The position numbers were made by a program, and so were the translations under genes. From Dehalococcoidia bacterium UBA2991 (GTDB taxonomy: Bacteria; Chloroflexota; Dehalococcoidia; Tepidiformales; Tepidiformaceae), in NCBI GenBank assembly GCA_002346645.1, contig DEAD01000011.1, forward strand, positions 90,760-154,759: a stretch of DNA of 64,000 nucleotides, read 5' to 3'. Below, piece by piece: positions 17,282-26,825 of the stretch; position 1 is the first letter of the stretch; every line of letters starts with the position of its first letter. The notes below the pieces were generated by a model that saw nothing but the letters and a program-made list of their open reading frames with translations, had not been told where the DNA came from and searched no databases.

Positions 17282-18549
17282 TCCTAGGCTTGCGGCATCC
17301 CTTGGTGGTTGCTGCTGGCCTCTTTTTCTGCGGCCTCTCCTTTGCCTGTGGCGATTCAGGCGATGGTGCATCTCGTCAAGCTGAAGTTGTTACTGCATCG
17401 CCAGCTTCACACACTGAGGAGGTACTTGCCCCTGCGCTTGTTCTGGAACCTGCCTTTCCGGGTCTTCCCGAGCTTGAGCGCCCAATGGCTCTGATTGATG
17501 TCCCAGGGCACGACCTTTTTCTGATTGTTCTCCAGGAAGGTCGCATTCTGGCTATTCCAAGAGATGGGCCCTATGACAATCCCCGCACCGTTCACGATCA
17601 GCGGGCCACTACTGTCTGTTGTGGTACCGAGGAGGGCTTGCTCTCAGTCGCTCTCGATCCTGACTTTGGGAGTAACGGATACGTTTATGCCTATTACAGC
17701 CCTCTCACACAGCTGCCCTCGACTCGTATCGCGCGGTTTGAGACCACTGGGGCTAATGAGACTTGGGCTTTTGCTCCGACTAGCCAGTTTGACATTCTCC
17801 AAGTTGAACAGCCCTACCGTAACCACAATGGAGGCACTCTCCTTTTTGGTCCCGACGGAATGCTCTACTTGGGCTACGGTGATGGCGGCAGCGCAAACGA
17901 TCCCCATGGCCATGGGCAAAACCTCTCCACCTTGCTAAGCACTGTTATCCGTATCGATGTGCGGAATGCCTCCTACGACGAGCCATACGCTATCCCCACT
18001 GACAACCCCTTTCTTGAAGGGGACGGCGTTCGTCCTGAGATTTGGGCATATGGAGTGCGCAATCCCTGGCGCATGAGCTTCGACCATAAAACTGGCCTCC
18101 TGTGGGCCGGAGATGTGGGGCAGCACCGTCTGGAGGAGATTAGCGTAATCCGATCTGGTGGGAACTATGGTTGGAGGACCATGGAGGGATCGCGCTGTTT
18201 CTCTCCTGAGACCGGCTGTGATCGCGCTGGTTTGACCCTCCCCGTTTGGGAGTACGGCCACTCTGAGGAGCTGAATCCCCATATGTGGGGGTGCTCCGTT
18301 ACGGGAGGTTACGTCTACCGGGGCAAAACGGTCCCCGGCCTTTACGGCTGGTACCTCTTCACTGACTTCTGTACTGGCCGCATCTGGGCTATCGATGCTC
18401 AAACGGCAGCAGGTGGAGGATACGTTGAGCCGGTCCTGCTCTGGAAAGAAGGTCCTGCTCGTATAGTCTCCTTCGCAGAGGATGCCAACGGGGAACTGTA
18501 CGTAATCAGCCTTAGCGACGAACGTATCTACCGCATTGCCCCGCCGTAA
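17278..18549 (+). CDS. PQQ-dependent sugar (glucose/sorbosone) dehydrogenase family, probable lipoprotein
   Basis: 423 aa. HNGGTLLFGPDGMLYLGYGDGGSANDPHGHGQN and YGVRNPWRMSFD are GSDH beta-propeller motifs. The N-terminus has a lipobox-like LSFACGD. Confidence 0.85.
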   Translation: MILGLRHPLVVAAGLFFCGLSFACGDSGDGASRQAEVVTASPASHTEEVLAPALVLEPAFPGLPELERPMALIDVPGHDLFLIVLQEGRILAIPRDGPYDNPRTVHDQRATTVCCGTEEGLLSVALDPDFGSNGYVYAYYSPLTQLPSTRIARFETTGANETWAFAPTSQFDILQVEQPYRNHNGGTLLFGPDGMLYLGYGDGGSANDPHGHGQNLSTLLSTVIRIDVRNASYDEPYAIPTDNPFLEGDGVRPEIWAYGVRNPWRMSFDHKTGLLWAGDVGQHRLEEISVIRSGGNYGWRTMEGSRCFSPETGCDRAGLTLPVWEYGHSEELNPHMWGCSVTGGYVYRGKTVPGLYGWYLFTDFCTGRIWAIDAQTAAGGGYVEPVLLWKEGPARIVSFAEDANGELYVISLSDERIYRIAPP

Positions 18550-18618
18550 TGACTCTGTAGCAAAATCATTCGCTCTGCCGCATTGGCTGAAAGATCGCGG
18601 GCTGCATCTTGAACAAAG

Positions 18619-19500
18619 ATGCAGCGTTCCCAAGCCCTAAACAGAGGCGCTGCTAAACTCGCAGCAGTGAACGCTGAAGCGCTGCCGTATACCTTGCTCA
18701 TCATCCTTATAGAGCTAGCCATTGGGAGTCTCTGGGTTACGCTTGCTTCCGACCTGCGCGGTGGGGTTACTCGTGGATTTGTGCTGACTATGACCGCCGC
18801 TGCCGCCATTGTGGCTGGGCTCGGCTACTGGCTCTCTGTTTCCCTAGATATAGGCTCTGATGTGGATGGTTATCTCATCGATCCCAGTTCGTTTGCGCCA
18901 ATGCAAAACCTTTTGCTTGTCGTTGTAGGCACGTCAGGGTTCTATGCCGTGATGGTCTTCATGGGTTGGGATCCTGTCGGAAGGATTGTCGCCATTGGTG
19001 GATCTGTGGTCGGCGTGGTGTGCGTTGCATTTCTTGCAGGTTTGCTGTCGCCTCCTGCGTGGGGATATGCAGGCGTTCTGTTTGCGCTCTTAGCCGGTAC
19101 TCTGTCAATGGGTGCCGTCACTACCTCCATGACTTGGGGCCATTGGTATCTCACGGAGGGCTCTCTCCCTGGCAAGCCGATGCGGGAGCTCTCGTGGATT
19201 TTGATCTTCGCCATCCTGCTGCAGGTAGCCCTGCTTGTCATAAACGCGGCTGTTCCTGAGCGCATAACTCCTACTCCGGCAAACCCTGTCGATGGGGGCT
19301 TGCTGGCTAATCCCCTCTTTTGGTTCCGCATTGGTGTTGGCTTAGTCTTCGCATTCGTTCTCGCTGTGCTTGCTCTCCGTACTGCTCAGATTCGCTCCAT
19401 GCAAAGTGCTACTGGTTTGCTCTATATCTGTATGGGCGCCGTCTTTACTGGTGAGGTCCTAGCTCGAGGGGTCCAGTTCCTTACCGCCCACCCTATCTAG
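18619..19500 (+). CDS. Hypothetical polytopic membrane protein
   Basis: 293-aa ORF that is almost entirely hydrophobic helices (about 8). No family recognised. Confidence 0.55.
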   Translation: MQRSQALNRGAAKLAAVNAEALPYTLLIILIELAIGSLWVTLASDLRGGVTRGFVLTMTAAAAIVAGLGYWLSVSLDIGSDVDGYLIDPSSFAPMQNLLLVVVGTSGFYAVMVFMGWDPVGRIVAIGGSVVGVVCVAFLAGLLSPPAWGYAGVLFALLAGTLSMGAVTTSMTWGHWYLTEGSLPGKPMRELSWILIFAILLQVALLVINAAVPERITPTPANPVDGGLLANPLFWFRIGVGLVFAFVLAVLALRTAQIRSMQSATGLLYICMGAVFTGEVLARGVQFLTAHPI

Positions 19501-19540
19501 CCCTGCTTCCCCTACTGCGGATGGTAGGATTGCGCCGCCG

Positions 19541-20110
19541 GTGGAGGGCAATATGCAGCGCGATCGCGCTTGGGAAATTATTTCTGAGTTCGCGCAAGAA
19601 GAGCGCACGCTTAGACATGGAATTGCTGTTGAAGCTGTTATGCAGGCCTACGCACGAAAGCTTGGTCAGGATGAGGAGAAGTGGGGGATCGTTGGACTGC
19701 TCCATGATTTTGATTGGGAGATCCATCCTACTGAGGAGCTGCATCCTAGGGAGGGCTCCAAGCTTCTAGAAGCCCGCGGTGTCCCTGAGGACATCCGTTA
19801 TGCCATCCTCTGCCATGCTCCCTTCCTTGGGCTTGAGTACACGCAGGATATGGACCGCGCTATCTATGCCGCAGATGAGATGGCCGGGTTCGTGATTGCC
19901 TGCACCTTGGTTCGTCCCGACAAGTCACTTTCTACGCTCAAGGCTTCCTCTGTAAAGAAAAAGATGAAGGACAAGGCTTTTGCCCGTAGCGTTAGCCGCG
20001 ATGATCTCCGCAATGGCGCTGCCGACTTCGGAGTTGAACTCGATCAACACATCTTGTTTGTTGCTGACGCGCTTAAGCCTGTGTCCAATCAGTTAGGGGT
20101 AAATACGTGA
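19541..20110 (+). CDS. HD-domain metal-dependent phosphohydrolase
   Basis: 189 aa. LRHGIAVE ... GLLHDFDWE (H...HD motif). Confidence 0.75.
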   Translation: MEGNMQRDRAWEIISEFAQEERTLRHGIAVEAVMQAYARKLGQDEEKWGIVGLLHDFDWEIHPTEELHPREGSKLLEARGVPEDIRYAILCHAPFLGLEYTQDMDRAIYAADEMAGFVIACTLVRPDKSLSTLKASSVKKKMKDKAFARSVSRDDLRNGAADFGVELDQHILFVADALKPVSNQLGVNT

Positions 20111-21087
20111 CAAATGTTCCTACCGATCGCAACATTTCCATGGAACTGGCTCGTGCTACCGAGGCCGCAGCCTTAGGGGCGGTTCCTTGGACTGGCCGTG
20201 GAGATAAAAACGGCGCTGACGGCGGTGCTGTTGATGCTATGCGTGCAATGCTCAACACCATTGATATCGATGGCTTCATCGTTATTGGCGAAGGAGAGAA
20301 GGACGAGGCTCCGATGCTTTTCAACGGTGAGAAAGTAGGTACCGGTGCTGGTCCCAAGGTAGATATTGCTGTGGATCCCATCGATGGAACGACCCTTCTC
20401 TCTCTTGGTCGAGCCAATGCTGTCAGTGTGATTGCTGCTGCTCCCAGTGGGTCTATGTACAACCCGCATGACATTTTCTACATGGAGAAGATTGTGGTGG
20501 GCCCAGAGGCGAAAGGAAAGATTGACCTCTCAGCTCCTGTTCGTTGGAACTTAGAGCAGGTAGCTGAGGCCCGCGGAATCCCTGTGTCCGAGGTCACCGT
20601 TACCCTTCTTGATCGTCCCCGCAACGATGAAATCGTTTCAGAGATACGAGCTGCTGGTGCGCGGATCATCTCTATAACTGACGGTGACGTTGCCGGTGCT
20701 GTTATGGCCGGTATGGATGGCACGGGTGTGGATATTCTTCTGGGCATTGGAGGATCTCCTGAGGGGGTATCTGCAGCCTGTGCTATCAAGGCTCTCGATG
20801 GCGATATGCAATGCCGCCTGTGGCCACGTAATGACGATGACCGTTCCCTTGCCGCCGATCGGGGGCTTGATTTGAGTCAGGTCCTTAGGCTTGATGACCT
20901 AGTAAGTGGTGATGACTGCTTCTTCGCGCTGACCGGTATTACTACTGGTTACCTCCTCCGGGGCGTTGAGGTAACGCGCTCTGGAGCCCGCACTCACTCT
21001 CTAGTTATGCGTAGTCGTTCCCGCACAGTTCGAACGATTGAAGCTGAGCACCACACTCACAAAGTGGAGCAGTTTCTTGCTATTTGA
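20107..21087 (+). CDS. glpX: Class II fructose-1,6-bisphosphatase
   Basis: 326 aa. ATEAAALGAVPWTGRGDKNGADGGAVDAMR, VIGEGEKDEAPML, AVDPIDGT and GIGGSPEGV are GlpX signatures. Confidence 0.93.
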   Translation: MTNVPTDRNISMELARATEAAALGAVPWTGRGDKNGADGGAVDAMRAMLNTIDIDGFIVIGEGEKDEAPMLFNGEKVGTGAGPKVDIAVDPIDGTTLLSLGRANAVSVIAAAPSGSMYNPHDIFYMEKIVVGPEAKGKIDLSAPVRWNLEQVAEARGIPVSEVTVTLLDRPRNDEIVSEIRAAGARIISITDGDVAGAVMAGMDGTGVDILLGIGGSPEGVSAACAIKALDGDMQCRLWPRNDDDRSLAADRGLDLSQVLRLDDLVSGDDCFFALTGITTGYLLRGVEVTRSGARTHSLVMRSRSRTVRTIEAEHHTHKVEQFLAI

Positions 21088-21500
21088 CGGATCTTTCGAC
21101 AAGAGAGCCAGCGATGACAACTAAAGCTGAACTGGCGACCTGGGTACGGGAGTATAGCGACCATTTCGGGCACTCCTTCCATGCAAAAGATCCCTCCATG
21201 ATGCGCCCCTATTGCCATGTTCCCTCTCTTAGCATCGGCGGAGGGAAGGTAAGATTAATTGCTACTGTCGAGGAGTCGGATGCCCGTTGGGCTTCTGCCC
21301 ATGCCGGGCTACCTGATGACTACGACCATAGTGTTCTACATACCGTCGATGTCAGCTTCACCAGCCCTGTATCGGCCTTCGTGACGGTGGATTGTGGTCG
21401 CTACCGCAAGACCGGTGAGGAGTACGTTCGCTTCAAAGCTTCCTACTTAGTGGCTCAGGTTGAGGAAGGCTGGCGTATCACCGCTTGGATTGGTCACTAA
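21084..21500 (+). CDS. Hypothetical protein, possibly NTF2/SnoaL-like fold
   Basis: 138-aa ORF coupled to glpX by an ATGA overlap. It ends in ...EEGWRITAWIGH as many SnoaL-like proteins do. The assignment is weak. Confidence 0.45.
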   Translation: MTDLSTREPAMTTKAELATWVREYSDHFGHSFHAKDPSMMRPYCHVPSLSIGGGKVRLIATVEESDARWASAHAGLPDDYDHSVLHTVDVSFTSPVSAFVTVDCGRYRKTGEEYVRFKASYLVAQVEEGWRITAWIGH

Positions 21501-21518
21501 TAAAGAAGACAGCGTGGC

Positions 21519-21980
21519 TCACTCTGGCTTTGTGACAGAGAGGATGCGTTCTCGCCCTGATGATGGCAGAAGCTCAAGCCGGACCCCAAGATCGCTGTTG
21601 ATGTATGAAACCCCTAGTACCCGCTTGCCGTCCTCGTCGACGGTCGCCATTTCAAGCTCTGCACCCTCTGCTGTTAGCCGGCTAATCTCTTCATCAAGGT
21701 CATCTACGAATGCTCCCAAGTGGTGAATACGGGAGCCTTTTCCTGCCTCCCACACGGTGCCAGGAACGGCTTCTATCAGCTCGATATAAGGCGGGCCCTC
21801 TGCCGTGTAAGCGAATCGTGAGGAAAGGACCTGAACCCCGGCTTTCGTGCGAACGCGCACGTTTGCTGCTCCTGGTGGTCGGGGCCAGCTTGCTCCGAAA
21901 CGCTTCGATATTTCCGCCATCCCCGACTCAATTTCGGGCACGATGATGCCGATGTGGAAAACGTCGTCGTAGTTGATCAC
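21519..21980 (-). CDS. VOC (glyoxalase/bleomycin-resistance/dioxygenase) family protein, copy 2
   Basis: 153 aa. HIGIIVPEIESGMAEISKRFG ... IHHLGAFVDDLDEEISRL. Paralog of the adjacent gene. Confidence 0.75.
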   Translation of the reverse strand: MINYDDVFHIGIIVPEIESGMAEISKRFGASWPRPPGAANVRVRTKAGVQVLSSRFAYTAEGPPYIELIEAVPGTVWEAGKGSRIHHLGAFVDDLDEEISRLTAEGAELEMATVDEDGKRVLGVSYINSDLGVRLELLPSSGRERILSVTKPE

Positions 21981-21982
21981 CG

Positions 21983-22447
21983 TTACGCGCCCTCGCCTCG
22001 GAGGTTTGCGAGCATCCCGTCTCTCAGGTGCCCAGGCAGCAGTTCCTGCCGAACTCCTAGTGGACCATTGAGATACGAAACTGCCATCACCCCTCCTCCT
22101 ACATCCAGTGTTGCTTCCAGCTCCACACCTTCTGCTGTTAGTCGCGCAACCTCATCATCGAGGTCGTCTACGAATGCCCCTAAGTGGTGGATGCGAGAGC
22201 CTTCGCCAGCTTCCCAGGGTGTTCCTGGAATCGCTCGGATCACTTCTAGATATGGTGGCCCCTCGGCAGAGTAGACGCCGATCACTTCTGCTTGCATCTC
22301 CCCAGCAGATGTTTTTACGAGCACATCCGCTCCTTGGGTTGGGGGTGGATCCGGGAACGTCACTCCGAAACGTTTTGCGATCTCTGCTAGGCCCGACTCA
22401 AGGTCTGGCACGATGATTCCCACGTGAAACATGTCTTCGTATTTCAT
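21983..22447 (-). CDS. VOC family protein, copy 1
   Basis: 154 aa. HVGIIVPDLESGLAEIAKRFG ... IHHLGAFVDDLDDEVARL. It lies 2 nt from the next copy. Confidence 0.75.
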   Translation of the reverse strand: MKYEDMFHVGIIVPDLESGLAEIAKRFGVTFPDPPPTQGADVLVKTSAGEMQAEVIGVYSAEGPPYLEVIRAIPGTPWEAGEGSRIHHLGAFVDDLDDEVARLTAEGVELEATLDVGGGVMAVSYLNGPLGVRQELLPGHLRDGMLANLRGEGA

Positions 22448-22509
22448 GGGAGTGACCGTACGCCTCTGATCCCCGCCCCCGCAAGCATGTATCTTGCACG
22501 GGGGCCCGC

Positions 22510-25026
22510 ATGGATGGACCGCTCTCTGGCGTTCGCGTCCTCGATCTCTCCCGTGAGGTCGCTGGTTCCTATGCGACTAAACTGCTCGCCGATTACGGCG
22601 CCGATGTGCTCAAACTAGAAGCTCCTGGGGGCGACCCATTAAGGTCATTCGGTCCTTTTCCTGGTGATGAGCCCCACCCCGAGCGATCGGGCCTTTTCCT
22701 CCACCTCAACACAAACAAAAGGTCACGTATTCTGGATGTGACCGATCCCGCTAACGCTGCGGAGGTTTGCGCCCTTGCTCGAGATGCAGATGTGCTTGTG
22801 GAGGATTTTGCTCCCGGCGATCCCATGTCTTGGGGATGGGGTTGGGACAAGCTTTCAGCTACCCGTGAAGACCTTGTCTTCCTTTCGATAACACCTTTTG
22901 GTCAGACTGGGCCTTATCGCCGGTACCGTGCTTCGGAGGTCACTCTCCAGGGGTTCGGTGGGCCCATGCATCTGACTGGTCACGCTAGCCTAGGCCCGCT
23001 GAAGCATGCTGGTCACTTTGCGGGGTACCACGCTGGCATTGTTGCTGCCTACGCGACCCTTCTGGTGCGCCTTCGGGTAGAAGGCGGGGGTCCGGGAGAT
23101 TGGATAGATATCTCTATTGCAGAGTGCCAAGCCAGCTCCCGTGATCGTCGCAGTGCGACTCTCCTAGCGGCCTCTTATGCCGGTGTGGGCGGGGGCCGGA
23201 CCGCTTCTGTCCTTCGCGTAGCTGCCGGGGTACGCCCCTGTGCCGACGGCTATGTGAGCATCATGGGCATGGGCCCCCGCCTTCCTTCCTTCCTTCGACT
23301 TATCGGGCGAGACGATCTTCTTGAGCACCCCGATGTTGCCGCACCCCACGGTCTTATGCCCCCGGCATTAGGTGAAGAGATTGAGGGGGCCTATCGGGCC
23401 TGGCTTTCTGAGCATACAAAGCGTGAAATCATTCCTCTTGCGCAGGAACAGAACCTTCCCTGCGGTGCTCTACAAACAACAAAGGACCTCCTCGAAGACC
23501 CACATTTTCTCTCCCGTGAGGTGTGGGAACCCATTAGCCATCCTGAGGTAGGGCGCTTGCACTACCCAGGGCGTCCTTTTGTAATGTCTGCTTCCCCCCG
23601 GCCGTCTGCTCGTCCTGCTCCCCTTCTTGGGGAACATACGGAGCAGGAACCCTTTGCTCCTCGCCTGAACCACCTGGCTCAGCTGCCTTCTTCCTCTCCG
23701 GCTCCGCGTCTACCCCTTGAGGGGATTCGTGTTGCTGAGGTCACAGTCGTTTGGGCGGGTACTCATGTGAGTCAGCTCCTTGCCGACTGGGGTGCGGAAG
23801 TAATCAGAGTGGAGCCCGTTAACCGTATCCAGCCAGCCACGCGTGGTGCGGAGGTAATCCTCAATAGTGAACAAGCGCGCAGAGTTGCGGAACAGGGACA
23901 GACGCTTTCCACATATCCCGAGTTTGAACCGAGAGAGGATCCTTGGAACCGTAATCCTGGTTTCAATGTGGGCGCTCGTAACAAGCTCTCCATGACCTGC
24001 GACATCATGGCGCCCGAGGGCCGCGAGACGATTCGGCGCCTGATCTCTCGTTGCGATGTTTTCATCGAAAACAATGTTCCAGAGACAATGGATAAGGCAG
24101 GCATCAGCTACGAGGCCTTCCGTGAGATTAACCCGGGCCTTGTCATGTTGCGTATGCCGGCCTTCGGTCTCAGTGGTCCCTACCGTGACTACCGAGGCTT
24201 TGGAATGCATGCAGAGGCAACGATTGGTCACACTCTTCTGCGTGGCTACCCAGAAGGAGAGCCTGAGCTCACCGGGGAAGCTCTAGCTGCTGATGCTATC
24301 GCAGGTTTGCACGGTGCTCTTGCGGTCGCCATTGCGCTCCGTCACCGTCAGCAAACTGGTGAGGGTCAGCAGATCGAGATGGCTCTCGCAGAGTCCTTCC
24401 TTCCGATCTTGGGCCAATTCGTGTTGGACTACAGCATGAATGGGCGCGTCGTCAGCGCCCTAGGCAATACGCACCCCTGGAACGTTCCCCACGATGCCTA
24501 CCCCGCGCTCGGCGAAGACCAGTGGATCGCTATCGATGTAGCAGCTGATGATGAGTTTGTCGCCCTTTGTCGTGTGCTCGGCAATGAGGGTCTCGGAACT
24601 GACAGTCGCTTTTCCACAGCTCGGGCTCGTCGCGAAAATCGGGAAACTCTCGACGAGGCTATTGCTTCCCTTACCTCTACGCGTGATAAGCACGAGCTCT
24701 TCCATGCTCTCCAGGCCCGTGATATCTGCGCAGCCCCCCTCCTCGATGCCATCGACGCTCAGGCGGACCCCCACTTCAATGCAAGGGGTTTCTTTGAAGA
24801 TGTCTACCAGCCCAAAGTGGGTACCCATCGCTATCCGGGAATGCCCTTTAAGCTTGCGAACACGCCGAATGGGATTCGCCTCCCAGCACCTGCTCTTGGT
24901 GAGCACAATGACTGGGCCTATCTGGACCTTCTCGACTACACCCGGTCTGAGCTAGATGCCATCATTGCCAAGGGTCAGGTGGGAACTCGCTATGCTGATT
25001 CGGTCCTCCCAGACCACCAGGGTTAA
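22510..25026 (+). CDS. Tandem-fused family III (CaiB/BaiF) CoA-transferase with two complete domains
   Basis: 838 aa. The N-half starts LSGVRVLDLSREVAGSYATKLLADYGADVLKLE. The second half restarts with LEGIRVAEVTVVWAGTHVSQLLADWGAEVIRVE. Each half is about 400 aa, the size of a normal monomer. Confidence 0.85.
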   Translation: MDGPLSGVRVLDLSREVAGSYATKLLADYGADVLKLEAPGGDPLRSFGPFPGDEPHPERSGLFLHLNTNKRSRILDVTDPANAAEVCALARDADVLVEDFAPGDPMSWGWGWDKLSATREDLVFLSITPFGQTGPYRRYRASEVTLQGFGGPMHLTGHASLGPLKHAGHFAGYHAGIVAAYATLLVRLRVEGGGPGDWIDISIAECQASSRDRRSATLLAASYAGVGGGRTASVLRVAAGVRPCADGYVSIMGMGPRLPSFLRLIGRDDLLEHPDVAAPHGLMPPALGEEIEGAYRAWLSEHTKREIIPLAQEQNLPCGALQTTKDLLEDPHFLSREVWEPISHPEVGRLHYPGRPFVMSASPRPSARPAPLLGEHTEQEPFAPRLNHLAQLPSSSPAPRLPLEGIRVAEVTVVWAGTHVSQLLADWGAEVIRVEPVNRIQPATRGAEVILNSEQARRVAEQGQTLSTYPEFEPREDPWNRNPGFNVGARNKLSMTCDIMAPEGRETIRRLISRCDVFIENNVPETMDKAGISYEAFREINPGLVMLRMPAFGLSGPYRDYRGFGMHAEATIGHTLLRGYPEGEPELTGEALAADAIAGLHGALAVAIALRHRQQTGEGQQIEMALAESFLPILGQFVLDYSMNGRVVSALGNTHPWNVPHDAYPALGEDQWIAIDVAADDEFVALCRVLGNEGLGTDSRFSTARARRENRETLDEAIASLTSTRDKHELFHALQARDICAAPLLDAIDAQADPHFNARGFFEDVYQPKVGTHRYPGMPFKLANTPNGIRLPAPALGEHNDWAYLDLLDYTRSELDAIIAKGQVGTRYADSVLPDHQG

Positions 25027-25065
25027 CAAGCAGCTTGGGCCCTATGTAGCTTTGATCCGGAACAG

Positions 25066-26091
25066 ATGCCGCGTTGGCCAGCGTTCACACCTAGGCCTAC
25101 AGTGGAATGGATGCTGTCCCTCTCGCGGCTGTGGCTTCTGGCTAAGTACTCTGTTCTAGGGTTCCTTGACGACAATTGTGCACAGATGGCGGCTGCCATT
25201 TCTTATTACGTCCTCTTCTCGCTCTTTCCACTGGTCATCTTTTCGATAGGTGTGCTTGGGCTCGTGCTCCAGGACAATGAATTTGAGCGCATACTGATAG
25301 ACGAGCTCATTGGTCTGCTCCCAGTTGATGCAGGCGGTGCCCAGGACATTGAAAACGCTGTACGGGAACTCACTGGGCCCTCGAGTGGTGCGCTAGGCGT
25401 ACTTGGCCTCGTTGGTATGGCCTGGGTTGCCAGCGCCATGTTTGCTGTCATTCGGCGCTCCCTCGAAATCGCCTTCGACCTCTCAGGAAGGCGCCCATTC
25501 GTCCGCCAAAAACTGGTCGACTTTGGAATGATGGCCATGCTCGGCCTCATCTTTTTGGCATCTCTCGGAGGAACGACTACCCTCCGTGTCGCTCGTGAAG
25601 TTATCGAGGACACCCAGGTGCTTGGGTTGCTGGCCGGGAATCTCGGAGCAGGGTGGTCGGTGGCAGCCTTTCTAGTGCTTTCGGCATTCTCCTTTGTGGC
25701 CTTCGCTCTCCTCTACTGGCTTGTTCCTGCAACCCACGTTCGTTTGAGTCATGTCTGGCCCGGCGCCCTCCTCGCCGCGGTGGTTTTTGAGGGTATGAAG
25801 CTCGCCTTCGGTATATATCTCGAGCACTTCGGCCGTTACGATCTTATCTTCGGCTCTTTGGGAGCTGTTATCGCTTTCCTATTTCTCGTTTTCCTGAGCG
25901 CGAACACTCTTCTGTTGGGCGCTGAGATCTCAGCTGCCTACCCTCGAGTGGCGCAGGGCCAATACGATGGCTTACCGGGCTTCCCGCAAAAGAAGTTTAG
26001 GGAGGTGGCGCTACGAGCCCTGAGGGGGTTGTTCTTCCACCATGATGAACAATCCAGGGCTGAGTCCTCTCGCGACGAGGCTGTCAATTAA
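25066..26091 (+). CDS. YihY/BrkB family membrane protein
   Basis: 341 aa. DNCAQMAAAISYYVLFSLFPL and a polytopic profile typical of YihY/virulence factor BrkB. Confidence 0.78.
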   Translation: MPRWPAFTPRPTVEWMLSLSRLWLLAKYSVLGFLDDNCAQMAAAISYYVLFSLFPLVIFSIGVLGLVLQDNEFERILIDELIGLLPVDAGGAQDIENAVRELTGPSSGALGVLGLVGMAWVASAMFAVIRRSLEIAFDLSGRRPFVRQKLVDFGMMAMLGLIFLASLGGTTTLRVAREVIEDTQVLGLLAGNLGAGWSVAAFLVLSAFSFVAFALLYWLVPATHVRLSHVWPGALLAAVVFEGMKLAFGIYLEHFGRYDLIFGSLGAVIAFLFLVFLSANTLLLGAEISAAYPRVAQGQYDGLPGFPQKKFREVALRALRGLFFHHDEQSRAESSRDEAVN

Positions 26092-26161
26092 GCAAAGGAT
26101 GCTCTTGTTGCGTACGTTTGGCTTCGCGTCATTCCGGCGGTGATGGCACGATAGAACGTCA

Positions 26162-26821
26162 GTGAGGAAAGGGATGGCTGAGAGTGGATACAGGCGCCTG
26201 ATACAGCGGTATGGCGGATATGCCGTGCTGGGCGTCTCGGGGTTGGCGGTTATTTTGGTGGTCTTGTCGATTTTCGTATTTATTGGAAACGATGACGAAT
26301 CTGGCTTTGAGGCTGTTAACCTTTCGAACCCGGTAACGTTGGGTGTAGTAGGCCGTGAGATTGGGGTTATCGATGACCACCGGCCCCTCATGGGGCGGTC
26401 GGTTCCCGACTTTGCCCTTGCGAATGCCCGTGATCCCAAACGAGTGGTGCGCCTATCTGACTTCCTTGGCACTCCTGTTGTCCTGAACTGGTATGCAAGT
26501 TGGTGTGGACCCTGTCGAATGGAGATACCGGACTTCCAGAAGGCCTACGAGGCCCTTGATGGCAAGGTCGTGTTTGTCGGAGTAAACCTGAATGAAGATT
26601 CCAATCAGGCTATTGGCCTCCTTGATGTCTTCGTAGCCAAATATCCCGCCCTTCTTGATTCCGACGGTGCAATCGCGTTCCACTATCGGATAACTGGTAT
26701 GCCGACCACCTTCTTTATCGATGCTGATGGCATCCTGCGCTCCTACGTTGTAGGGCTCATCGTGGAGGAAGTACTTGTTCAGGAGCTGGCCACGATTGGC
26801 ATCGCCTACAATCCAAAATAG
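26162..26821 (+). CDS. TlpA/ResA-like membrane-anchored thioredoxin-fold protein
   Basis: 219 aa with an N-terminal TM anchor. It has the WYASWCGPCRME active site (WCxxC). Confidence 0.82.
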   Translation: MRKGMAESGYRRLIQRYGGYAVLGVSGLAVILVVLSIFVFIGNDDESGFEAVNLSNPVTLGVVGREIGVIDDHRPLMGRSVPDFALANARDPKRVVRLSDFLGTPVVLNWYASWCGPCRMEIPDFQKAYEALDGKVVFVGVNLNEDSNQAIGLLDVFVAKYPALLDSDGAIAFHYRITGMPTTFFIDADGILRSYVVGLIVEEVLVQELATIGIAYNPK

Positions 26822-26825
26822 AGCG

